From Candidatus Coproplasma sp. (GTDB lineage Bacteria > Bacillota > Clostridia > Christensenellales > Borkfalkiaceae): DNA of 64,000 nucleotides. The stretch lies in the NCBI GenBank assembly GCA_051884115.1, contig JBJEVA010000098.1, positions 26,975 to 90,974 of the forward strand. The letters run 5' to 3'. Positions within the stretch are counted from its first letter, which is position 1. Each line of letters begins with the position of its first letter. The translations under genes and the position numbers were made by a program. Under the pieces are notes generated by a model that had not been told where the DNA came from, did not search any database, and saw nothing but the letters and a program-made list of their open reading frames with translations. Below, piece after piece: positions 44,156 to 53,152 of this stretch.

Positions 44156-46228
44156 ATGATGGAAGAAAATGAAAACGTTTTTCCCGAAGAAGATTTAGCT
44201 CTTTCCGATGGAGAAGACTCTGCTGAAGAACAGCAGGAACAAGAACAGGAAGAACAACCTGTAAAGGCAAAATCCGCCGTAGAGCGTCCTAAAAAGGCGT
44301 TTACGGTTGTAACTTACGTCTTTGCGCTTATCTGTCTTTTGGCAGGTCTCTTTGCCCCCGTATTCAACGTACAAGGTGCGACGAGCGTCCTCGATAAGAT
44401 GCTGTTCAGATATTTGCCTGCAATGGTAAACGGTGTTGTGTATCCTTTTACAAAGACCACCCTTATCACCGATGCCGGTTGGTTCTACACAAAGTTTTAC
44501 TCCGGCGCAGTAGTTTCGGCTTGCGGTTTGGTTTATACCTTAACCTGCGTTCTTGCACTCGTTATGCTTATTCCCGTATGCGCTTGCAAGAGAGAGAACG
44601 GTAAGGATTATATCTGTGCCGTCGTTACGGAAATTATCTCTGTTGTAGTATCTGCAGGATTCGTAACCATTGCTCTCCTCTACTACTGCACTTTAAACAA
44701 CAAGGCTATCCCTTACAATATGTTTATTGCTTGGGTAGGCGTTGCAATCGTTATGGCTATTCAAGCTATTAAGACCAAGGGTTATATGGGCGTATTCAAG
44801 CTCTTCTCTTTCCTTGTTTCCTTAATCATCTTGTTGGCAATGATAGACGTAACGGTATTTATCTCTGCATTAACTTCTCCCTTATCTAAGTTCTCCGAGC
44901 TTATTACTAAGTCCGAAGAAGTTTGCTTTATTGCCGGTGAAAGCTGTGGCTTTACTGCATTATATTATATCGCTCACCTCAAAGCAAACATCTCCGTTTT
45001 ATTCGGAAACGGTGCAATGGAAACGGCTATTAACGTAATTTACATCTGCCTTGGCGCACTTGTGGTTATTAACGTCGTTCTCGAATCGATTGCCCTTGGA
45101 CTTGGTAAGGTCAAGAAAGACGACGGTTCGCCCTGCAAAAATCTCGGCGGTTCTATCGTTAACCTTATAAGATATATACTCGCTATCCTTTTAGCGGTTA
45201 CTCTTATCGTTCTCTGCACTGTATCCGAAAATTCTCACCCCGGCTTATACCTCTACGTATTGCTTTTATTGCTTGTCATTATGCTTGTACTCGTCATTGT
45301 CAAGATGGCAGTTGCAAACTCCAAGGAAAAGAAGTACGAAGCTGAGCAACAAGCTGAGGACGACGAAGACGAAGATAGCGACGAAGACGAAGTTTACCTC
45401 AACGAATCCGATGAAGCTGAAACAGAAAATTACAGCACTGAACAGTCCATCGAAGAACCTGCAGAAGAAGTTGCCGAAGCTCCCGTTGAAGAGGCTACGG
45501 AAGAAGTTGCTGAAACTCCCGTTGCAGGTGTTGCTGAAGAACCTGTAGTTGAAGAACCTGTTGAAGAGGTTGCCGAAGCTCCTGTAGTTGAAGAACCTGT
45601 TGAAGAAGTAGCGGAAGCTCCTGTTGTGGAAGAACCCGTTGAAGAAGTTGTTGAGGCTCCTGTTGTGGAAGAACCCGTTGCAGAAGTTGTTGAAGCTCCT
45701 GTTGTAGAAGAACCCGTTGAAGAGGTTGCCGAAGCTCCTGCCGAAGAACAGTTACAGATTCCTATGGAAGAACAGCCTGAGGAAACGGCTCAACCTGAAG
45801 CACCTGTAAGTTCTTATGCTCAACAGCCCTATGTATATAATCCTTATACAGAGCAACCCACCACAGACTACTCAACGTATAATCCTTTTGTAGCACCTGT
45901 AGAAGAGCCTGCTCCTACCCCCGTGGAAGAGCCTGCTCCCACTCCTGAAGTTTCGGCTTATGCTAATACAGAGGCTGTTGAAGAAGCTCAGCCCGAAACT
46001 GAAGTTTGCGACAAGTTCTTAGCTACCCTTTCTGAGGATGAGAAGAATGAGTTCAACGAAGTATTCGTAGCTAAGTCAAAGGGCAAGATTGGCAATATTC
46101 CCGAATACAAGGTTGGCGAAGACAACTCCGACTTCTTCCCTGCGGTATTCGTATATATCAACAGAATACGTAACATCTGTTCGGACGAATTGCTCGCAAA
46201 GATTTACAACCAGCTTTACAAAAACTAA
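44156..46228 (+). CDS. Polytopic membrane protein with an acidic N-terminus and a long Glu/Pro/Val tandem-repeat cytoplasmic or extracellular region
   Basis: 690 aa with ~8-9 hydrophobic spans, then (VVEEPVEEVAEAP)n, a Pro-rich stretch and a ~90-aa C-terminal domain. No family was recognised. Confidence 0.6.
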   Translation: MMEENENVFPEEDLALSDGEDSAEEQQEQEQEEQPVKAKSAVERPKKAFTVVTYVFALICLLAGLFAPVFNVQGATSVLDKMLFRYLPAMVNGVVYPFTKTTLITDAGWFYTKFYSGAVVSACGLVYTLTCVLALVMLIPVCACKRENGKDYICAVVTEIISVVVSAGFVTIALLYYCTLNNKAIPYNMFIAWVGVAIVMAIQAIKTKGYMGVFKLFSFLVSLIILLAMIDVTVFISALTSPLSKFSELITKSEEVCFIAGESCGFTALYYIAHLKANISVLFGNGAMETAINVIYICLGALVVINVVLESIALGLGKVKKDDGSPCKNLGGSIVNLIRYILAILLAVTLIVLCTVSENSHPGLYLYVLLLLLVIMLVLVIVKMAVANSKEKKYEAEQQAEDDEDEDSDEDEVYLNESDEAETENYSTEQSIEEPAEEVAEAPVEEATEEVAETPVAGVAEEPVVEEPVEEVAEAPVVEEPVEEVAEAPVVEEPVEEVVEAPVVEEPVAEVVEAPVVEEPVEEVAEAPAEEQLQIPMEEQPEETAQPEAPVSSYAQQPYVYNPYTEQPTTDYSTYNPFVAPVEEPAPTPVEEPAPTPEVSAYANTEAVEEAQPETEVCDKFLATLSEDEKNEFNEVFVAKSKGKIGNIPEYKVGEDNSDFFPAVFVYINRIRNICSDELLAKIYNQLYKN
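45449..45750 (+). repeat. In-frame 39-bp tandem repeat (5 regular units at 45542-45736 plus degenerate flanking copies)
   Basis: Units CCTGTAGTTGAAGAACCTGTTGAAGAGGTTGCCGAAGCT and variants begin at 45542, 45581, 45620, 45659 and 45698. Confidence 0.85.
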
Positions 46229-46240
46229 TCAATAAAGCCT

Positions 46241-46275
46241 AAAGGCGACGGTTTAACCGTCGCCTTTATTTTTTA
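46241..46275 (+). terminator. Rho-independent terminator
   Basis: AAAGGCGACGG / CCGTCGCCTTT followed by ATTTTTTAT. Confidence 0.75.
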
Positions 46276-46410
46276 TGCGGTTTATTAAACTTTGCGGTGA
46301 AAAATATAATCGGTTGTAAAATTAACGCTACGGTATTAAAAAATAATTTACAACGTTTGTATAAAACCTTTATTTAGAAAAGCTGTTTACGCTCTGCCTT
46401 ATTTACATAC

Positions 46411-46441
46411 AAAAAAAGCAAGCTCTTTTGCTTGCTTTTTT
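46411..46441. terminator. Bidirectional-looking hairpin terminator downstream of the sigma operon
   Basis: AAAAAAAGCAAGC-TCTT-TTGCTTGCTTTTTT. Confidence 0.6.
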
Positions 46442-46487
46442 CATACGCTCTTATTTATCCTTATATTATGGCGGTGTGATTATCCTT

Positions 46488-46850
46488 TTAGTTACGTTTG
46501 ATTACTACCGTAACGTTACCGCCGTTTATTGTTACCCTTCCTTCCGAAACAGAGTTTACAATATAAAGCCCTCTACCGCTTTCCGCTAAGACGTCCGGAA
46601 GTGCCGTAACTTTTATTACTCCGTTCGGTGCAGACGCACATACGGTAATCGTTACTCCGTCTTCATCTATCTCTCCGCTAAATATTGCAGTCCCTGAACA
46701 GTGGCGCAACACGTTTGTAATTAACTCGCAAGATACAAGACGGGAATAGAAAACGGCGTCTTCATCGACGTTTCTGTCAATCATATAATTGACAAAGCGG
46801 TGGAGTTCTGTATTCATTTCATCGATAGCGCTGACTTCAAATTTAATCAT
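46488..46850 (-). CDS. Small GHKL (HATPase_c_2) anti-sigma-factor-like kinase, 120 aa
   Basis: N-box CELITNVLRH retained; ESGRGLYIVNSV G-box-like; 8-nt overlap with the sigma gene stop. Confidence 0.65.
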   Translation of the reverse strand: MIKFEVSAIDEMNTELHRFVNYMIDRNVDEDAVFYSRLVSCELITNVLRHCSGTAIFSGEIDEDGVTITVCASAPNGVIKVTALPDVLAESGRGLYIVNSVSEGRVTINGGNVTVVIKRN

Positions 46851-47571
46851 CTTGCAACGCTTCCCTCAATTTTTTTGTTATCCTGCGTTCCATTCTTGAA
46901 ATGAACATCTGGCTGACGCCCATCTCCTTGCCCGTTTCTGCCTGCGATTTATTTTCAAGGTATCTAAGCTTAACAAGCAACTTCTCTTCCGGGGTGAGTT
47001 TTTCCACCTCCGCCTTGACTGATTCGTTACTTATAAACCTTTCAAAAGTACTGTCGTCGTCCGCAATGACGTCGTATAGGGGCATATCGTTATCTTCCCC
47101 CCTTACCGTCGTATCGAGGCTGACGGGAGTTTTATATTCCATAGCCTCCAAAATATCCTCTTCGCTTTCGTGTAAAATCGCAGAGAGTTGCTTTACCGTA
47201 GGTTTTACGCCGTTTTCTCTATAATAGTCGTTTACTGCCGATTTAACGCTTACTCTAAGCGTATTCAGCTTTCTCGGCACGCGCACCGAACGGGAATAGT
47301 CACGAAAATAATTACATATAAAACCCGTTATGGTAGGGGTTACGTACGTAGTAAACATATTCCCCTTATCGGGGTCGAATTTGTCAACGCCCTTAATCAA
47401 CGCTTCGGAGGCAATCTGTAAAAGGTCGTCGTATTCGACGCCCCTACCCGTAAACTTTTTTGCCAGAATTTCGGCAACGTACATATAGTTTTCAATAAGC
47501 TTATTCCTCAACTTTATATCGCCCGTTTTGCGATATTCGCGGAACAGCTCCATTGCTTCCTCGTTGGTCAT
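46843..47571 (-). CDS. Group-3 sigma-70 family factor (SigB/F/G-like)
   Basis: Region 2 (YDDLLQIASEALIKGVDKFDPDKGNMFTTYVTPTITG), RVPRKL, region 4 HTH (SQAETGKEMGVSQMFISRMERR). Confidence 0.85.
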   Translation of the reverse strand: MTNEEAMELFREYRKTGDIKLRNKLIENYMYVAEILAKKFTGRGVEYDDLLQIASEALIKGVDKFDPDKGNMFTTYVTPTITGFICNYFRDYSRSVRVPRKLNTLRVSVKSAVNDYYRENGVKPTVKQLSAILHESEEDILEAMEYKTPVSLDTTVRGEDNDMPLYDVIADDDSTFERFISNESVKAEVEKLTPEEKLLVKLRYLENKSQAETGKEMGVSQMFISRMERRITKKLREALQDD

Positions 47572-47915
47572 AATTTTAACTTAAATCCGCTTATTTTTCC
47601 TTCGTTCTTTATGATATCGCAAGTTGCCACAAGTGCCGAAATGAGCGACAGTGAAAAGCCGTTGTCGCAGTCTGCGGGCATACCGCCGAAGCCTTCAATC
47701 AATGCGGTAACACCGCCGTCGCACCCGAGCGCAACCTTAACGCTCTCGTAACCGCAATCCTTTAAGACAAGACAGCTTTCCGTTACGCATACCTTCATAT
47801 CCTCTAAGCAATCAATATCGACGTCTGCCGTAGAGCATACGGCGCCCACCACAAGGCGGAGAGCCGTCATATATTCACTGTCTGAAAGATTAAATTCAAC
47901 CGTAAAAGTTTTCAT
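47568..47915 (-). CDS. Degenerate SpoIIAB/RsbW-like protein (115 aa) lacking the N-box Asn/His
   Basis: ALRLVVGAVCSTADVDIDCLEDMKVCVTESCLVLKDCGY aligns with SpoIIAB [38 protein letters not shown], but Asn becomes Val and His becomes Asp. ATGA overlap with the sigma gene. Confidence 0.5.
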   Translation of the reverse strand: MKTFTVEFNLSDSEYMTALRLVVGAVCSTADVDIDCLEDMKVCVTESCLVLKDCGYESVKVALGCDGGVTALIEGFGGMPADCDNGFSLSLISALVATCDIIKNEGKISGFKLKL

Positions 47916-48220
47916 TATTCAATCTCCATCAACTTATCCAACGCACAGATTTCAAAGAGTTTTCTTATGCGGGGGCGGACGTTAATAAGCTTCAAATTAT
48001 TGCCTTCTGCCTTTAAATTTTTAAAGAGTTTTACAAAGGTTCCGAGCGTAGTGCTGTCTATAAATTCCAATGCGCTACAATCGAAAACCACGTCCTTTTT
48101 ATCGTTATGATACATTGCGCTAACCTCGGCATAGAAGTCGTCGCTCGTTGCGCTGTCTATTTCGCCCGTTAAGGCAATAGTTAGTTTTTCGTCTGCGGAA
48201 AGCAAATTGACTTGTTGCAT
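47915..48220 (-). CDS. STAS-domain anti-sigma-factor antagonist (RsbV/SpoIIAA-like)
   Basis: FIDSTTLGTFV with the conserved phosphorylatable Ser. The start was moved to the ATG at 48220 behind AGGAGA. Confidence 0.8.
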   Translation of the reverse strand: MQQVNLLSADEKLTIALTGEIDSATSDDFYAEVSAMYHNDKKDVVFDCSALEFIDSTTLGTFVKLFKNLKAEGNNLKLINVRPRIRKLFEICALDKLMEIE

Positions 48221-48542
48221 TATCTTTCTCCTGAATAATCTTTCAATAATATTTATAAACACGTACGGGGCTGTTAAAACTTAAATTTTAACGCATACCT
48301 ACATTTTAGTTTAAACCTTAGCTTTTGTCAATACCGTTAAAATAATCTTATACGATTAAATATTTACAGCCGATGATATTGCGTTTTACATACTTATTTT
48401 TTTAACACACAAATTATTTAAAAACACGTTTAAGTTATAGACGAATTATGTTAAGACGGTTAGCAATTTTTGTTATTATATGTATATTTATTAAATAATA
48501 TATGAATATTTATGCAGAATGAGCATTGCCATTTTAAATTTA

Positions 48543-48572
48543 TTGACAAGCAACCGTAAAAACTGCTATAAT
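48543..48572 (+). promoter_or_regulatory. Sigma-A promoter of citrate synthase: TTGACA-N18-TATAAT
   Basis: TTGACA at 48543-48548 and TATAAT at 48567-48572. Confidence 0.6.
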
Positions 48573-48586
48573 GACTTTAATACTCA

Positions 48587-49978
48587 TTGGAAGTGATATC
48601 TTTGGATTTTAATGAAATTAACCTTATAGTTAAATATTCCCACACCCTTTCCCGTTTAGCGGAAGACCTGTTAAAAACGGATATAATAGAACCCGAACTC
48701 TACGCAAAGTACGACGTTAAGAGGGGTTTAAGAGATAAGAACGGCAAGGGCGTCCTTTGCGGTCTTACAGAGATAAGCGAAGTTACCGGCTGGGAGACCA
48801 TTGACGGCGTTAGAACGCCCGTTAAAGGTTCTTTACGCTATCGCGGATACGACGTTAAGGACCTTATTGCAAACTGCGAGGCGGAGAACCGTTTCGGCTT
48901 TGAAGAGGCGGTTTATCTTCTTTTGTTCGGAAAACTGCCTAATAAGTCAGAGTTGGACGGATTTACTTCTATGCTCTCCGAATTCCGCTCTCTGCCCAGA
49001 AACTTCGTAAGGGACGTCATTATGAAATCGCCCTGTAAGGATATGATGAATATGCTTGCAAGGTGCGTACTCAACCTTTACAGCTATGACCCCGACCCCG
49101 ATAACGTTATGGTAAGCAACGTTTTAAGGCAGAGCTTACAGCTCATCGCTCAGCTCCCCCTTATCGCGGCGTATTCGCACAGGGTTTACAAATACTATAA
49201 CACCAACGACGGCTCTATGTATATTCATAAGCCCGTTGCAACCTATTCCACCGCACAGAACATTCTGCACATTCTGCGCAAGGACAATAAGTTTTCCGAC
49301 CTCGAAGCAAAGGTTTTGGATATCTGCCTTATACTACACGCTGACCATGGCGGTGGTAACGCCTCTACCTTTACCACCCACCTCTCGACTTCTACGGGAA
49401 CGGACACATATTCGTCTGTTGCGGCTTCGCTCGGTTCGCTTAAAGGTCCCCTTCACGGCGGTGCTAACATAAAGGTTTGCCAGATGTTTGAAAACATTAA
49501 GGAAAACCTTGCCGACAATTCGGTTGAAGCCGTTACCGATTACGTTTCTAAAATTATCAACAAGGAAGCGTTTGACAGAACGGGACTCGTGTATGGTATG
49601 GGACATGCCGTCTATACCATTTCCGACCCCAGAATGGAAGTTTTGAAGGAATATGCGGGAAGATTAGCCGTCGAAAAGGGCAGAGAAGAAGAATTCCAGC
49701 TCTACAACACGGTTGCAGACGTTGCAGGAAGACTGCTTGCTGAGAAGAAAAATCTTTCTAAACCCATTTCCCCCAACGTCGATTTCTATTCGGGTTTTGT
49801 ATATTCTATGCTTAATCTTCCCCAGAGCCTTTACACGCCTTTGTTTGCAATCGCGAGAATTGCAGGTTGGTCGGCACACAGAATCGAAGAGCTTACCAAC
49901 GGCGGTAAGATTATCCGTCCTGCTTATCAATGCGTACAGGACAAGCGCGATTACGTTAAAATCGCAGACAGAAAGTAA
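48587..49978 (+). CDS. gltA: Citrate synthase (GltA family)
   Basis: YDVKRGLRD, LILHADHGGGNAST, GMGHAVY, RIAGWSAH. There is no in-frame ATG near the N-terminus, so the start is TTG 48587, GTG 48593 or TTG 48602. Confidence 0.85.
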   Translation: MEVISLDFNEINLIVKYSHTLSRLAEDLLKTDIIEPELYAKYDVKRGLRDKNGKGVLCGLTEISEVTGWETIDGVRTPVKGSLRYRGYDVKDLIANCEAENRFGFEEAVYLLLFGKLPNKSELDGFTSMLSEFRSLPRNFVRDVIMKSPCKDMMNMLARCVLNLYSYDPDPDNVMVSNVLRQSLQLIAQLPLIAAYSHRVYKYYNTNDGSMYIHKPVATYSTAQNILHILRKDNKFSDLEAKVLDICLILHADHGGGNASTFTTHLSTSTGTDTYSSVAASLGSLKGPLHGGANIKVCQMFENIKENLADNSVEAVTDYVSKIINKEAFDRTGLVYGMGHAVYTISDPRMEVLKEYAGRLAVEKGREEEFQLYNTVADVAGRLLAEKKNLSKPISPNVDFYSGFVYSMLNLPQSLYTPLFAIARIAGWSAHRIEELTNGGKIIRPAYQCVQDKRDYVKIADRK

Positions 49979-49995
49979 GTATAAAATAAAATTCA

Positions 49996-50028
49996 CGGTC
50001 GGGCTTATAAAGTCCGACCGCTTTTTTT
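49996..50028 (+). terminator. Rho-independent terminator after citrate synthase
   Basis: CGGTCGGGC / GTCCGACCG followed by CTTTTTTT. Confidence 0.75.
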
Positions 50029-50059
50029 ATTGAATATTTTGTTTTATGAAATATGTAAA

Positions 50060-50683
50060 TTATTCTTCGTCTTGCTCTTCTTCAACCTCTTGTGTATCTT
50101 CAGAGCGTTGAACTACAGAAGAGATGACTTCTATAACCTTATCCAAACCGTTTCCGTTTTTAGAAGAGAACGCAATTATATCGCCTTTACCGCATCCGTA
50201 TGCCGTATAAATTACCTTAATCGCCTTTTCAATCTGAGCGCGAGAGAGCTTATCCGACTTGTTTGCAACTATGGTAAAGGGTATGATTTTGGCATACAGG
50301 AAGTTGAGCATCATCTTATCGTCTTGCGTGGGTTCGTGGCGGATATCGCAGAGCGCGATGACGTGGCTTACTCCGCCCGTCGCGAAGAACTCGTCTAAGA
50401 GTTTTGCCCATTTAAGCTTTTCAGCTTTACTTACCTTTGCATAGCCGTACCCCGGCAAATCTGCAAGGACGAAAGCGCCGAAGTCGAAGTAATTTATAAG
50501 ACGGGTGCGCCCGGGGTCGCCCGAAACCTTTGCAAGTTTTTTCTGCCCTGCCAAGGCGTTTATAAACGAACTCTTGCCGACGTTTGACTTTCCGCTTACG
50601 GCAATAATGGGTTTATCCGTATGCACGAATTGGCTTGACGACGCCGAACTTGTTATGAATTTAACGTTTGGATATGTGTGCAT
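50060..50683 (-). CDS. engB: Ribosome biogenesis GTPase YsxC/EngB
   Basis: GKSNVGKSSFINAL, DLPGYGYA, NKSDK; follows lon, as in Bacillus. Confidence 0.9.
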   Translation of the reverse strand: MHTYPNVKFITSSASSSQFVHTDKPIIAVSGKSNVGKSSFINALAGQKKLAKVSGDPGRTRLINYFDFGAFVLADLPGYGYAKVSKAEKLKWAKLLDEFFATGGVSHVIALCDIRHEPTQDDKMMLNFLYAKIIPFTIVANKSDKLSRAQIEKAIKVIYTAYGCGKGDIIAFSSKNGNGLDKVIEVISSVVQRSEDTQEVEEEQDEE

Positions 50684-50723
50684 ATTTCAAATTACCCCCA
50701 TACTATGCCTTAACTAATTGTAT

Positions 50724-53042
50724 TTAAATGCCTACGATAGCGTTTTGGAAAACTTCTTTAACGTTGGTTACGGGAATGAAACGGACGTTCTCCTTTACGA
50801 CGTCGGGTACTTCTTCCAAGTCCTTTATATTATCTTTGGGAATTATAACTTCCTTAACGCCTATACGGTATGCGGCGAGAGATTTTTCCTTTAAACCGCC
50901 AATAGGCAGAACCCTGCCCCTTAACGTTATTTCACCCGTCATTGCAATATCGTGGCGGACGGGCTTTTGCGTAAACGCCGAGAGAATTGCCGTAGCCATC
51001 GTTATGCCAGCACTCGGTCCGTCCTTGGGCGTTGCGCCTTCGGGTACGTGAACGTGTATATCCGTATTTTCAAACTGCTCTTGCTCTAATCCGTAGCTTT
51101 GGGCGTTAGAGCGAATGAAGCTGATTGCAGTCCTTGCACTCTCCTTCATAACGTCGCCGAGCTTTCCCGTCAAGAGAATATCGCCCTTACCGTGCATTGC
51201 CGAAACTTCTATGGTTAAGGTTGTACCGCCCACAGCCGTCCAGGCAAGTCCGCACGCCGAACCTACTTCATCGTCTTTAAGCATTTCGTCGCCCTTTTCA
51301 AACTTAGGAGAGCCGAGAAGTTCTTTTACGGTATTTTCGTCAACTGTCCTTTCAAAGTCCTTGGACTGTGCCTTTTTAACGGCTATTTTACGGCAGACGG
51401 CGTCTATCTGTCTTTCAAGCTCTCTGACGCCTGCTTCCCTTGTAAAGCCCTGCTCTATGCAATCTATCGCCTGAGCGGTAAAGGTTATATTATGCTCGTC
51501 CAAGCCGTTTGCGGTAAGCTTTTTGGGAATAAGATAGCGTTTGGCAATCTCCCTCTTCTCCTCGGACGTATAGCCGGAAATTTCAATAATTTCCATTCTG
51601 TCCCTTAAGGCTACAGGAATGGTTGAAAGGTCGTTAGCCGTCGTTATGAAGAGTACCTTAGATAAGTCGTAGGGTACTTCTAAATACCTATCGCGGAAGG
51701 TTGCGTTTTGGGCGGGGTCCAACGCCTCTAAAAGTGCGCTCGACGGGTCGCCCTTAAACCTATCGGATGAGAGCTTATCCACCTCGTCTAAAAGGAATAC
51801 GGGGTTAATGGAACCCGAATTTTTAATGGCTGTAATTATTCTGCCCGGCATTGCGCCAACGTAAGTCTTTCTGTGACCGCGGATTTCCGATTCGTCGCTG
51901 ACACCGCCAAGGCTCATTCTGACAAAATTCCTGTTTAACGCCCTTGCAACAGATGAAGCAATCGAAGTTTTGCCGACTCCGGGGGGACCCACTAAACATA
52001 AGATAGGTGCGTTCATTCCGCCCGTAAGCTTTAACACGGCAAGGTATTCGGTAATTCTCTCTTTAATCTTTTCAAGTCCGTAGTGGTCGGCATTGAGGAC
52101 GGCAACGGCGTCTTCGAGTTTCTCCGTATCCTCGGTCTGCTTGCTCCACTCTAAGTCTAAAATCCAATCTAAATAGTTGCGTATAACGTTATAATCGGGT
52201 GAAGAGGTCTGCATTCTCGACATTCTCGAAAATTCTTTTAACGCCTTCTTCTCAACCTCTTCGGGCAAGCCCTTGTTCTTTATACGCTCTTCAAGCTCGT
52301 CGAGTTCGTTTTCGTCGTCGCCGAGTTCTGTATGAATGGCTTTGAGCTGTTCCCTTAAATAGAAGTCCTTTTGCCCCTTTTCTATACTGTTTTTAACCGA
52401 TGCGTTTATCTTCTTTTCTAAACGGGAAATTTCCAACTCCTCGTTTAAACAACGGCAAAGTAAATCGTATTTTTGAACGAGCTTAGGCTGTTCTAAGATG
52501 CTCTGCTTTCTTGCCACGGGGATTCTTAAACCATTGACGGCGTTATACAAAAACGCCTCCTTATCCTCGCTTCCGCGTAAAACTTCGGTTGCATCGTCGC
52601 TGAAAGTGCGGTTTACGGCACTGTCTATTATGGACAAAGTGGTATATTTTGCCGTGCGGAAGTACGCCTCCTCCAATTCAGGTTCGGAAGATTCGGTCAC
52701 AAGTTTGGTAGCCTGAGCATACATACAGCCGTCTTTTAGCTCTACTTCTTCAAGCTTTACGGCATATTCGCCCCTGCAAGTTATTCTTACTTTATTGCCG
52801 GGAAGATTTGTAACCCTTGAAACGGAGATTACAACGCCGACAGAGTAAATATTATCCGGCTCTACAACGTCCTTATCCTCGTCCTTTTGAGCGACGGCTA
52901 TTAAAGTCTTACCCGTATTCAACGCACTCTTTATTGCCGAGAGCGTAACGAGCCTGCCTGCATCGAACGAAAACGTTACCTTGGGCAGTGCAATCCTGCC
53001 CCTGAGAACGGCTACGGGGAGATAGATGTTATCTTCTGACAT
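50724..53042 (-). CDS. lon: Endopeptidase La (Lon protease)
   Basis: 772 aa; GPPGVGKTS, PKDGPSAGITMATA catalytic Ser region. Confidence 0.95.
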   Translation of the reverse strand: MSEDNIYLPVAVLRGRIALPKVTFSFDAGRLVTLSAIKSALNTGKTLIAVAQKDEDKDVVEPDNIYSVGVVISVSRVTNLPGNKVRITCRGEYAVKLEEVELKDGCMYAQATKLVTESSEPELEEAYFRTAKYTTLSIIDSAVNRTFSDDATEVLRGSEDKEAFLYNAVNGLRIPVARKQSILEQPKLVQKYDLLCRCLNEELEISRLEKKINASVKNSIEKGQKDFYLREQLKAIHTELGDDENELDELEERIKNKGLPEEVEKKALKEFSRMSRMQTSSPDYNVIRNYLDWILDLEWSKQTEDTEKLEDAVAVLNADHYGLEKIKERITEYLAVLKLTGGMNAPILCLVGPPGVGKTSIASSVARALNRNFVRMSLGGVSDESEIRGHRKTYVGAMPGRIITAIKNSGSINPVFLLDEVDKLSSDRFKGDPSSALLEALDPAQNATFRDRYLEVPYDLSKVLFITTANDLSTIPVALRDRMEIIEISGYTSEEKREIAKRYLIPKKLTANGLDEHNITFTAQAIDCIEQGFTREAGVRELERQIDAVCRKIAVKKAQSKDFERTVDENTVKELLGSPKFEKGDEMLKDDEVGSACGLAWTAVGGTTLTIEVSAMHGKGDILLTGKLGDVMKESARTAISFIRSNAQSYGLEQEQFENTDIHVHVPEGATPKDGPSAGITMATAILSAFTQKPVRHDIAMTGEITLRGRVLPIGGLKEKSLAAYRIGVKEVIIPKDNIKDLEEVPDVVKENVRFIPVTNVKEVFQNAIVGI

Positions 53043-53152
53043 ATAAATTTACCTCTTTATTAACGCAAAAGGGGAAGCACAACCGCCTCCCCCGATTTAT
53101 TTAATAAACCGTTTTTTTAACCGTAAAACGCTACGGCTACATAATTTTTAAT

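Noticed and set aside
45449-45750. A regular 39-bp repeat array that could superficially resemble a CRISPR or minisatellite locus.
   Set aside because: The units are contiguous without spacers, in frame and inside a long ORF, and they encode an acidic peptide repeat. No cas genes are present in the window.
46488-48220. Calling this locus the sporulation spoIIAA-spoIIAB-sigF operon.
   Set aside because: The gene number and order differ from spoIIA, the protein in the SpoIIAB position lacks the ATP-binding residues, and the sigma factor has SigB/FliA-like rather than SigF-like features. I left it as a generic partner-switching module.
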